This document shows, piece by piece, positions 36,701-49,061 of a DNA stretch of 64,000 nt. Below the pieces are notes generated by a model, which was not told the origin of the DNA, did not search any database, and worked only from the letters and a program-made list of their open reading frames with translations. The first letter of the stretch is position 1; each line of letters starts with the position of its first letter. Origin of the DNA: Pecten maximus (Eukaryota); contig NC_047029.1 of NCBI RefSeq assembly GCF_902652985.1, positions 38,440,001 through 38,504,000 of the forward strand, given 5' to 3'. The translations under genes were made by a program, and so were the position numbers.

Positions 36701-38466
36701 TATATCCTCTATGAATTTACCTGCATTATGCCTGGCTATGTAACCTAACGCCCACGCTGCACCTTCTTTTACACCTGGATCAAACTCCTCCAAACAAATA
36801 ACAAGTGCATCGAGCGCACCACAATCTACGACAGACTGGGCCAGTTGGGGGGAGTGTTTAGCAACAGCCCTCAGAACAAATGCTGCAGCTTTCTTGTAGA
36901 ATCTCTTTAGAAATAAATAAATAAATGAGCTATCAAATTACAGATACAATTAGACAATAAAAATATTACACAAAGCGCTCAATACATGAAATTTCAGGGA
37001 CTTAACAACCATTTTATTCCAATATATGTATCAATTATATACAAAAGTTTATAGTCATTATTCTGAATTCAAATTATAAATGAAACTTTTAAAATAGAAA
37101 TTGTTGTTGTCTGTATCACATATAGTATTATAAAGATCATAATGAAAATTTTAACACTTTATAAAACAGTTTCAAACATTTAAAATATTATTAATATAAT
37201 AATATCTAAAAATTAACAATTTCATCTCTTTATGAGCTACATTCGTATCTATCAGTTTCAATATATATATATGCAGACAAACTCTGATTATTAAGTCTAT
37301 CTAAATGATTATAAAATTCATACATTTTGCTCAGCAAGGGAGTAGACAAGTTGAGGAAGAATATCTCCCTTAACTACAGCCTCTGCTAAGTCATCATTGT
37401 AGTTGGCCAGACGTCCTAGCGCCAAAGCAGCAGTCTGTTGGATGGTTGGCACAATGTCCAATAAAAGTGGTCGCAGAAGAGACATGACACCGGCATTTTG
37501 AAGTGTTTCGATGTTCTGTGGTCTGCTTGCTAACTCTGCTACTGTCTGGACAAACTGTGTTCTTGCCTTTTGGTACTGCTCAAACACTGTAAAGAAGCCA
37601 ATTGCATTAAAACTGAGCACATTCTATCTCGGAGCTTTTTTCTGATCTTACATAGACATATCAGATATGTATCAATCGAAATGACGAACGTCAGGTGCAG
37701 GACTACTCCAATAATATTAGAGGTTTACACGACAGGAAACTTTTGACAGGCTGTCATGTAACTATCCACCAATGTAATCAGGTGGAATAAGACCTCATAT
37801 ACGTATAGGAGTAGTGCAGGACCAGAGGTTATTTGGTCTATTCGATCTGTATCACGTATACATATGTACATGGACATTTTGTCCATTTTCGAAAATGCTA
37901 AATTTTTTGCACAACTTACTAACATGTCCAAATCAAAATTGAATTTATATTTACCATGTATGTAATTCACTTTGGATGATCCATGCAACACAATTTCCTC
38001 TATGAAACAGTACTTTGTTACTACAGTATATACTGACCCATGGGTATTTCTTGAAAGCCAAATATTAGGCTGCAAAATGATTATTATATAATAGCTTATG
38101 GGTCACATACATTACATGTAAATGGATATTATATGCGACCAGGTCAGTTGTACGACAGTGAAAATACAGTCAGCGAAGGAATATTTAATATTTCAATGAT
38201 TATTTTCAAAAATAAGAAAATAAATAATCGAATTTCAACATAAACACGCCAAACTAGAAATTTCACAAGGTAAAATATACCTATTGTTGTCACAACTCAA
38301 CATTCGGGTAGATCCCTAAATAAACGGTAGCCAAAGTAGGCACAGCCAGGCAAACATAACAATTCCATTTGCATACATGTGTGTTTCACAGCAGAATCAA
38401 GTGTTAATTGATAGAAATATCTAAAAAATGGAATATCTCACCTTGTAATACTTGCCGTTGACTCAT
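33761..38466 (-). CDS. SPAG6: Sperm-associated antigen 6 (PF16 orthologue, armadillo-repeat axonemal central-pair protein), 508 aa, 9 exons
   Basis: Exons 38466-38442, 37586-37324, 36904-36721, 36461-36256, 36066-35893, 35348-35196, 34897-34706, 34417-34155, 33827-33761 (1527 nt, in frame). MSQRQVLQVFEQYQKARTQFVQTVAELASRPQNIETLQNAG...YYSPGYSDALLERVEQ is characteristic of SPAG6. Confidence 0.97.
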
Positions 38467-38797
38467 TTTGGAATGGATAGGCCTCTTCCAAGGTAAGATA
38501 TGTTAAACAACTCAATGAAACCTGCCCTAGCAGCGTCGAAACTGTCTGCTAAATACACCGTTGTCAAGACAGAACTAGTAACGCAATAGGACCGCACAAA
38601 ACGTAACCTTATACATTGCTTTGTTAAATTAGATTTATTGAATTTCATAAAAAAAATATTATATAACGGAAATGTATGGTTCAATTAGTTTTACTGCTTT
38701 CTTAGGGAATGAGAAAGTAATTAAAATTTTATATAAAAATATATATTAATATTATAAACATTGAGGACTTCTGAAGTCGTTAATGCGAGACAGCAAG
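38467..38797. promoter_or_regulatory. Putative bidirectional promoter SPAG6/CISD3
   Basis: 331 bp between divergent ATGs; RFX X-box-like motifs CTGCCCTAGCAGC (38522-38534), GTTGTCAAGACAG (38560-38572) and CTAGTAAC (38575-38582); YY1-type CAAGATGGCG overlapping the CISD3 ATG. Confidence 0.7.
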
Positions 38798-41700
38798 ATG
38801 GCGCTCTCCATGAACCAATTCCGTTCGGGGTTGATTTTACAAAAGCGAATGATTTTAACGGTAATGACATTCATTTGTAGACATGTCTTACATAGCAAAA
38901 CACATGAATCTGTTTGGTTATTTTTTTAAGACATACAACATTTCGGATTGTAAGTAAAACAATCAAGCACGACTGACAAATACCTATGGCTACCTGTAAT
39001 CAAGTAATGTAAACGGAGTCAACTAGGCCTAGTGTATTATAGCAGCACTTAAATCTGGCTTTTTGGAAACAATTAATGGATACCTCTAGTGAACAGTAAG
39101 ATAGATTTCCATTTGTTCCTGCACAATACAATGCTATTAATGATTCTTATTTTTCGAGGTCAACTGTAAAACTCACTGTCAGGGGAGACAACCCTTACAA
39201 TATTATCATTCTTGGGTGAAGTATATTGGAATTGTTTCTTATAACTTTATATCAACATGCAATCAGTGGTAAGTATCGAGTATATCAGATTCAATAATAG
39301 CATCACTGAAGAGAAATAATGCAATTGGTTTACTAACTTGTAATAAATGCAGAAGCATAAATAAATACACTCAATACATTGTCTAAACACATTAAAGAAT
39401 ACGTTTTTTTTTAATTATCTATAAGATCTATATATCTATCAATAATAAAAAGAAAATACAGATGTTGATAATGGAAAATACATGTCATTGGTACAAATCA
39501 ATGTATATTTCAATTACAGTTCAAAAGTTAATTAGTATTGTGTTCCTAGTCTTGTGCTGTACATATCACTGGTGTATTGTAATACTGAAACTACCTTGTC
39601 TATTTATAGTAAAGTCGCGTGTCTTACCTGTGTAGTCCAGTGGCCGTCTCACCGTAAAAATAAAAACCCCAAAAAACAAATAAATACAGTTGAATTTAAG
39701 CTAACCTTTACACCAAGTGCACCTAAGAGGTGATGAACAGCAAAACCCCCATACACTAGGTAATGGGCAGTACCCATGGCTACCTGTGATTTTTACCTGT
39801 ACTGTATATATAAGGCTATCTAGCAGTTATATTCAAAGCATTATTAAAAAGGTTTTGAAAGTTTAGTTTGATGTTATATTTCAACTTTTCTATTCTTGTT
39901 AATTATACACTGTAACTAAGTTAAGACAGATTTACTTTATAAATCCTTTAAGTAAGTTAAATTGTTCAAGCCAAGTTTCATTATCTTTAATTTTGGTACT
40001 TTATATTTTGTATTGATTAAGCAGTTGAAAGTATTTAATAAAACATTTAAAAACAATTATCGTTACTTGAACATTTACAATTTGATACATTTAATTTATA
40101 TTGTAGTTTAATTTCAGATTAAATTGTGCAGCATATTCATAATTTCATTTTTGATGTGATATTATGCTTATTAAAACCTAATTCAGCCCATAATATATGT
40201 AGTAAATTCTATGTGTATACATCTTAAGTCACCTGCTAACAAATATATTATATACACTTGTGGATCATGTGGACCTTAAGCGAATTTTTTTTTTTTACAG
40301 TTCACGCTAATTTGTTTTTTGCAATATTGCTTAAATACAAAATTTTGGGATACATTTTGGTCAGCATTTAAGTGTTTCCCTATTGCATTAAGAAAATGAT
40401 TAATTGTTCTTTACCTTACAATGTATAACTGATGGGTATTTTACCTCTTCTTGTAATTAAAGAAAATCACCATATAAAATATATATAATAGAAAAAAAAT
40501 GTCTATAAAAATTAATTATTTTTTGATGATTCGTCCAAAAAAACCTATAAATTTTTGAAAAACATCCACAGATAGATATTATATATGGGTATAGTGTTAG
40601 ATGCTTAAATTACAGGTAGGTAAGGCAGAGGAGCCTGGCACAGCATGCTATAAATGGACCCCTGTGGGGTAATTGGGAACTTGACAAAACTATAGCCAGG
40701 TGCTAATACAGGTACACCTTAAGACTGATCCTCATTTGATACATATATATAGGTTCAAGTTCTTTATTTACCAAAAAACCCTTAGGCCTATAGGTATACC
40801 AGATATTGTAAGGTAATTATATATAAGGTGTTATGAAGGTCCATAAGGTGGTGGTGGGGAGGGGTTTGGGCCCTGGGGCCCAGGTGGCCATGACAACAGG
40901 CATGTCCTGAGAGTACATACATTGTACATGTACATATAACTTGTTGTGTACTATTATATGTCTCTTACAAAACATAAATGAGAATATAGGAAACTTAATT
41001 CTGATTCTTTATGTACTATTAGGTCTCTGGTACTATGAAATGATTTCATAGTTGAATTAACAGATATTAATGAAGTAACAATACATTGAAATTAAAAATA
41101 TTTTTGTCTGATGAAATAATGAATATTAAAATAAATGTACATATACAGTGTACTTTGGATATTTTGTTCCAAAATATTTAATTACCTCCCTGTGTATATA
41201 TCCTTTACACATGTATTGAATGATCCAGTGTCATGAATTATGTTCACACCTCCAGTTTCAATTTCCAGTTTTGGCAGGAGCTTGACCTGTCCGGGGGATG
41301 ACCCCTTATTAGCCTAGGAATTTCATTGGTCAGTCCTATTGGGCGCCCTTTCTCTTGTTATTTCTTTGTAGCTTGGGTCACTCCATTTTAGAATCCTGAG
41401 GTGTCGGGATGTACTGATATTTGGTCAGAAATCTTCAAAAACCGACCCACCCTCCCTTGAAGAATGTTAAATTATCTTTAATTTATTGTCTTCACATAGG
41501 TTTAATATAAAATTTAGAGAACTTTTGCTTATCTATTGTACATGTATGTAGTATTAGTATTTGGTGCTATTTGTGCGAGAGTGGAAACTTGTATAGTATG
41601 TTTGATGTGCTTAATTAATATAACAAATTTAATTTATTGATTGTGTGCCTTATAGGGCTCATATGTAAATTAAATTATTCTCATATTTGTAGCCCTTTCA

Positions 41701-44700
41701 CCCTGTTCAGAATTTATAGCGATTTATCATGAATGGACTTTAATGTGACTCTATATTTTGATCTGGGGTGAAAGGGCTTTTTGTATTGTATTATTTAGTT
41801 TTATTAAATGCCAAAACTAAAATTTCTTTCTCGTCTTATATATAAGGGAGATAATTGAGAAAAAAATTACAAAGTTATCAAGGCCTAAGGTAGATTAATC
41901 ATTAATTAGAAAATGTATATGAATTACATCAAAAAAAATAAATTATAAGCATGGCAATTTTGAAATCAGGAAGACAAACCTTATAAACCTTAATTTTACA
42001 CTATAATGAAATCTTTTTGAAAAATAATGATAAAAAACCCCACTACAAATCCAATTGATAGAGTTTTAATTCCTCTTGTGCAATATATATCATATAAGAA
42101 CGTTAACCACAGCCAATTTTATTTTGAGTTAATATTAGATAAAATTTTATCAACATTTAAATATACCTGGTAAAGCCAGGATGACAGATATAAGGCACAG
42201 GTCTGTATATGTAACAACTACAGGTATCTAACACAGGTGTCCAGTGGCACTGTCCATTACCTGTATAGGGGGATTTGTGGTCACACCTGACTGGATGTAG
42301 TGCAGCTACTAGTTTACCTGTAGCTTAAATGTAGTGCACTAGGGTGTAAAGGTTGGCTTACACTCAACTGTAAATGCATGCTGGGTGTTAGACGTTGCTA
42401 AAGCAATAAATGTCCTCGCTGAAAATTATAGTGACAGTGACCTTGACCTTAAAACCCTGAAATTTGATCTGTACCTAGTCAAACTGAAATAACACACCAA
42501 CTGTCACCAACATACCTAATAAATAACAGGATATGGTTGAGAAAAATAGCAAAACTAAATAACTGTATATCCTTAATTATATCGACTTTTCGGAAAACGA
42601 CTATAGCATAGGGGATGTAACCCCTACACAGCCATTGTTGCTGAGGATAAACTATAGCATATAGGGGGACGTGACCCCTACACAGCCATTGTTGCTGAGG
42701 ATAAACTATAGCATAGGGGGACGTAACCCCTACACAGCCATTGTTGGTGAGGATAAACTATAGCATAGGGGGGCGTAACTGCTACACAGCCATTGTTGCT
42801 GAGGATAAACTATAGCATAGGGGGACGTAACCCCTACACAGCCATTGTTGGTGAGGATAAACTATAGCATAGGGGGACGTAACCCATACACAGCCATTGT
42901 TGCTGAGGATAAACTATAGCATAGGGGGACGTAACCCCTACACAGCCATTGTTGCTGAGGATAAACTATAGCATAGGGGGACGTAACCCCTACACAGCCA
43001 TTGTTGGTGAGGATAAACTATAGCATAGGGGGACGTAACCACTACACAGCCATTGTTGGTGAGGATAAACTATAGCATAGGGGGGCGTAACCCCTACACA
43101 GCCATTGTTGGTGAGGATAAACTATAGCATAGGGGGACGTAACCCCTACACAGCCATTGTTGGTGAGGATAAACTATAGCATAGGGGGACGTAACCCCTA
43201 CACAGCCATTGTTGGTGTGGATAAACTATAGCATAGGGGGACGTAACCCATACACAGCCATTGTTGCTGAGGATAAACTATAGCATAGGGGGACGTAACC
43301 CCTACACAGCCATTGTTGGTGAGGATAAACTATAGCATAGGGGGACGTAACCCATACACAGCCATTGTTGCTGAGGATAAACTATAGCATAGGGGGACGT
43401 AACCCCTACACAGCCATTGTTGGTGAGGATAAACTATAGCATAGGGGGACGTAACCCCTACACAGCCATTGTTGGTGAGGATAAACTATAGCATAGGGGG
43501 ACGTGACCCCTACACAGCCATTGTTGGTGTGGATAAACTATAGCATAGGGGGACGTAACCCCTACACAGCCATTGTTGCTGTGGATAAACTATAGCATAG
43601 GGGGGCGTAACCCCTACACAGCCATTGTTGCTGTGGATAAACTATAGCATAGGGGGACGTAACCCCTACACAGCCATTGTTGCTGAGGATTAACTATAGC
43701 ATAGGGGGGCATAACCCCTACACAGCCATTGTTGCTGAGGATAAACTATAGCATAGGGGGACGTAACCCCTTCACAGCCATTGTTGGTGAGGATAAACTA
43801 TAGCATAGGGGGGCGTAACCCCTACACAGCCATTGTTGCTGTGGATAAACTATAGCATAGGGGGACGTAACCCCTACACAGCCATTGTTGCTGAGGATAA
43901 ACTATAGCATAGGGGGGCATAACCCCTACACAGCCATTGTTGCTGAGGATAAACTATAGCATAGGGGGACGTAACCCCTTCACAGCCATTGTTGGTGAGG
44001 ATAAACTATAGCATAGGGGGGCGTAACCCCTACACAGCCATTGTTGGTGAGGATAAACTATAGCATAGGGGGACGTAACCCATACACAGCCATTGTTGCT
44101 GAGGATAAACTATAGCATAGGGGGATGTAACCCCTACACAGCCATTGTTGGTGTGGATAAACTATAGCATAGGGGGACGTAACCCATACACAGCCATTGT
44201 TGCTGAGGATAAACTATAGCATAGGGGGACGTAACCCCTACACAGCCATTGTTGGTGAGGATAAACTATAGCATAGGGGGGCGTAACCCCTACACAGCCA
44301 TTGTTGGTGAGGATAAACTATAGCATAGGGGGACGTAACCCCTACACAGCCATTGTTGGTGAGGATAAACTATAGCATAGGGGGACGTAACCCCTACACA
44401 GCCATTGTTGGTGAGGATAAACTATAGCATAGGGGGACGTAACCCCTACACAGCCATTGTTGGTGAGGATAAACTATAGCATAGGGGGACGTAACCCCTA
44501 CACAGCCATTGTTGGTGAGGATAAACTATAGCATAGGGGGGCGTAACCCCTACACAGCCATTGTTGGTGAGGATAAACTATAGCATAGGGGGACGTGACC
44601 CCTACACAGCCATTGTTGCTGAGGATAAACTATAGCATAGGGGGACGTAACCCCTTCACAGCCATTGTTGGTGAGGATAAACTATAGCATAGGGGGACGT

Positions 44701-47505
44701 GACCCCTACACAGCCATTGTTGGTGTGGATAAACTATAGCATAGGGGGACGTAACCCCTACACAGTCAATGTTGCTGAGGATAAAAAGTGGTTTATTGAC
44801 ATGTACATTCTGAAATTTTACAACCTGTGAGAACAATATGAATTTAAAAGCGTGATGGTGAGGACTGATATAGCAAGGGAAAGGTCAGTCTCATCCATTC
44901 TTATCATGTTTTCATTCTTTTGACCACTCATTCAGATGAATAAGATGTGTTATCACACGTTGCATGTAACGTGTCCTCCGTTTTTGAGGCCATTTTGTTA
45001 TTTAGCGTCATGCACTTCACTCCATAATACACATTTGTAAAATATGTCCAGCTTCCTCAATATGCAAAAATACAATGCTAGATATATGGTGGGTGAGTGA
45101 CAAAACATGGTGGTGATCAAGCAAGATCTGTCCTGCTTACCGCGGTCATTGTTTTATTCTGGGAATCATCAGGGACAGAGAACATTACATTTGTTTGGCA
45201 TTCTAATTGACCCAAATTGGCCACCACTTCCTTTTTTATACATAAAAAATTGATAGCACAGCATATTATATACATGTATATATATGTATATCATAACAGT
45301 TAACGTAACATACAATGTACTAGAATCTTTGATAGTTCTGTATCATGTGTTACATGTACTTGTAGATTGATAAAAAAAGGTCTTGTGAACATAATTCCCT
45401 GGAGTATTGAGTTTGTGAATTGAATGCCATACATGTACATGTACATGTATGTAGACCATGATTATTATTGCCTGACCCACTCTTTTCACATCAATGTATA
45501 CATTGTGTGGATGCTGTTTTTATAAAAGTTGCATTGGTAGGTGTTGGTGCATAGACTCCAAGAAACTGAATTTACAAATTTGCTTTGAACTAATTCACTC
45601 ATTTAAAAACAGATTGTTTTTTTTATTTTCAGAACTTCACAAGAACCTGTAGCTCTAACAAAAAAGATGTGAGACCGAAGGAGGTGAAACATCCCGAGGC
45701 AGACCTAGCCAAACAATACCCCGATACAGACATTGTAAAGGGACGAGTGGCTGACAAATTACCATTCAAGGTAGAACTCCAGGCAGGGAAGAAATATTCA
45801 TGGTGTGCCTGCGGACACTCACATTCTCAGGTAACCACAAGTTTGTAATTTACTACGTAATCATGGAGTCATCATCAGATGTAAATGGCTACTATTACCA
45901 TTAACACTGTTGACCCAATGATAAACTTAGTACATGTAATTGGGTTTGTAGAATGGTGGAGTTAATGGCTACAATGATTGTACAAATGAATGACTTTTAC
46001 CCAATCTATGTCGTAGGTTCAAACATGCTAAAATCTTTTAAGCAACTGCTTCTGAAATGCGTGTGGTGAAGATCGAGTTACTAAGTTTGTTTAATGAATA
46101 ATGTTGACTTACATTTAAGGTCACGGGTCAAATATGCTAATAATATTCACAGAACCACTTCTTAATAACCCATTGCAAGAGACCCAGATACCTGACATTG
46201 GGTATTGGCCTGTACGTAGTATGCTTGAATGAAGGGTTACAAAATTGATTCAGATAGCTATGATATAAATTACTTCCTCCCTGCTGGTAATCCTGTGAAT
46301 TGTTTTTGTGCATGAGATATATTTTATCTAAAAGGTAGTAATAACATACCGGTACCCTCAAGTGTCTCTCCACCTGATATTTAAAAGACATTTTTAGCCC
46401 ACCATCATCATCAATGGTCCGGCGTTCGTCCCTCTGTTCATCTATAAACAATTCTTATTATCACTTTTTCTTGAGAAGAGGAGGCAGCCATCAATATTGG
46501 AAGGCATAAATATCTCTTGTGGATCTAGTTTACCGCTGTTTCTTGAGAAGTACCTATACCAAATTGTTTCTTGAGAAGTACCTATACCAAATTGTTTCTT
46601 GAGAAGTATTGGAATGATCTTTCTCTATCTTAAGGAGTTCTTCTCCTATGTTGATTCCTTTGATCCCAAGTTGTGTGTGTGTTTAATTTTGAGACAGATC
46701 GGGGAACAAAATGGCTGACAGACATCCATCTTTTTTTTTTTTTAAAGATTTAGTTTGTAATGACCATTTCTAACAAATTAATCGATGAATATTTCCAATA
46801 TAACATTTGTGGTACTTCTTTGTTGCTAGTTGTTCAATATTGGGACTGAAGAATTAATTTATTAAAGTGCAGCTCAGTATGATAAATATGTCAAAAGGTA
46901 AATATGAGGAAAAGAGGAATGAAAGGAAAGATTGATCTTATAATGAACCAATATATAACACTTTTATTTATTGGTGGATTCTCGTTTCAAAATTGGCATA
47001 TTGATGTCTCTCCTACAGGATGACTTTGGGCTAGTCATTCACTTAATATATATCTCTTCAATTTGGGAACTTTCAGGCAGATAAAAGGTGCAGCAATTAG
47101 ATGAGAGTGAAGCCTAAGTTTACCAGGATTGTTAAAACAATATTTTAGATAATTGTTGTGGTGAAAGAAGAGGGAACTTGCTGCAGCAAATCTGTATGCC
47201 GCCATTTGTAATGACCTTTATGATCAACATTTTATTTTTAAAAAGCCTGTTTAGAACATTTTCAAATTCTTCTCATAAATAAAATAACTATAAATATTTT
47301 CTTGCAGCCCTTTTGTGACGGGAACCATAAACGTAAGCAAGAAGAGTTTAAAAACCCCCGATATAGGCCGGTGCGATTTACTGTGGAGGAGACAAAGGAG
47401 TACTGGCTGTGTCGTTGTAAACAGACAGATAATCCTCCATTCTGTGATGGCAGCCACAAGGAACCTAATGTGACCAGTATCAACAGGATAAATCCAACAA
47501 CTTAG
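38798..47505 (+). CDS. CISD3: CDGSH iron-sulfur domain protein 3 (MiNT/Miner2-like), 152 aa, 3 exons
   Basis: Exons 38798-38860, 45633-45830, 47308-47505 (459 nt). Basic presequence-like N-terminus without acidic residues; two CDGSH motifs WCACGHSHSQPFCDGNH and LCRCKQTDNPPFCDGSH; AATAAA near 47618. Confidence 0.93.
39687..42370. mobile_element. About 2.7-kb decayed TIR element (Tc1/mariner-like ends) in CISD3 intron 1
   Basis: TA|CAGTTGAATTTAAGCTAACCTTTACACC-AAGTGCAC versus inverted GTGCACTAGGGTGTAAAGGTTGGCTTACACTCAACTG|TA; a second inverted block at about 39745-39790 versus 42230-42275; no transposase ORF. Confidence 0.55.
42601..44783. repeat. 52-bp satellite, about 42 units, in CISD3 intron 1
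   Basis: Unit CTATAGCATAGGGGGACGTAACCCCTACACAGCCATTGTTG(G/C)TGAGGATAAA; very homogeneous. Confidence 0.97.
46390..46990 (+). mobile_element. Degenerate Helentron-type element in CISD3 intron 2
   Basis: TTTTTAGCCCACCATCATC start, GTCC-like tract and TTTCTTGAGAAGTA / AACAAAATGGCTGACAGAC motifs that are the reverse complement of the 62-63 kb core repeat. Confidence 0.45.
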
Positions 47506-48970
47506 TACTAAATAACAATATACATATATGTATTGTAGACTTAATCATTAACCAGAGCCATGGTATCTTGTGATTTGCTTTCATCTTGAAGAATAGATTA
47601 TTTCAATGTAACTGCAAAATAAATATTATTTAAATGATTGAATTTTGTGAAATGTTGAGCTTTTCAATTCAATCAGTTTATATGGCTGTGTCATGTGTAC
47701 AGAAAGTTGAGTGATATTACAAGATTTATTGCCCAGAAACAAATTTTCTAACAGTAATCTTGACCTTTGACCTTTGTACCAGTAGAAAAACAATCCCATG
47801 CATTCACTTGTGGTATTAATGAAAAACTGCATGGAAATTGAGTTTGATGGGCCAAAAGGAACTTGAGTTATCACAAGGAAGTGAAAGGGCATGACCTTGA
47901 CCTTTGATCTTCAGACATGAAAAGTAATCCCAAGAAAGTACTTTTTGTAAGAAAGATCTGTATTTAGTTTGATTAGCTCCAGAGAACTTATCAAAAGGAA
48001 ACAAAATTTCTATTTTTAGTAACAGTGACCTTGATATTTCATGACCTTCAATCTTCAGCAAGCAAGCAATTGTGGTAAGGAAGATCTACATGAAGTTTGA
48101 GTTTGATTGACCCAAGGGAACTCGAGTTATTGCACGGAAACCTCTGTACGGACAGCGCCGACAAAGTAAAACCTATATGTTGCCTGCTTTTTTTATCGTT
48201 ATAGGTTCCTTAGATGAGGCCTAACAAAGCTTGCAAAAACAAATGACCTGGACCTATATTCAAGGCCACAGGCGTCAAATTCTTTAGTACCTTTTAAACA
48301 CATTCTTCTCATCACTGTCAAAGACCCCCAGAGTCATGATATTTTGCAGATAGCTTAAATTAAAGTTCCTTGGATGAGGCCCGACAAAGTTTGCAAAAAC
48401 CCTTAACCCATAATATTCAAGGTCACAGAGAATAAATTGGTCAAAACATATGTAGAACTTCTGCAGTGATTACCTATAGACTATTCAATTAATTAAAGTG
48501 AGGAAATCTCCAAAGAACCAATGTCCATTCAGTGTAGTGTAGGAAAAAAGTTTGTCTTCTAGGTCTATAGGCTGTTCAGTTTGCTATGAGAGCTACAGTT
48601 ACTGTAATAACATTTATCATACATTTACATGAAATTGTGCATCATGATATATGAACAACACCTGTCTACACCCTTTACCTACAGAATGATGTTTACATAC
48701 CGTCCAGAGTTGTGATGTCACACACAGACACATAGAGGATGTAGTAACACACAACATATATATCTGAACAGTTATATATACAAGTGTAAAGATTTAATAT
48801 TTCAAAATTCATGGGTCAAATTTCACAGCATTTTAAAATTATAGTGATTGCCTGACCTATATTTCCTATTTTTAATTTGCATCTCACTAAAATCAGCTGA
48901 TAGTAGTGGAGATGTTATTCATCTTAATTCTACACATATAAAACAGGAACAAATAACTAAAAAAATCAAG

Positions 48971-48976
48971 TTTATT
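48971..48976 (-). terminator. Candidate polyadenylation signal for the acid phosphatase gene
   Basis: Minus-strand AATAAA followed by U/GU-rich CTTGATTTTTTTAGTTATTTGTTCCTGTTTT; by eye, the first canonical AATAAA downstream of the stop at 56391. Confidence 0.45.
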
Positions 48977-49061
48977 TTCAAAACCAAATACGAAATACAG
49001 CCTTAAGTGGTGTTAAAGCAACAGAATGATTACCAGTTGAATATCCAAAATGTACAACGTA

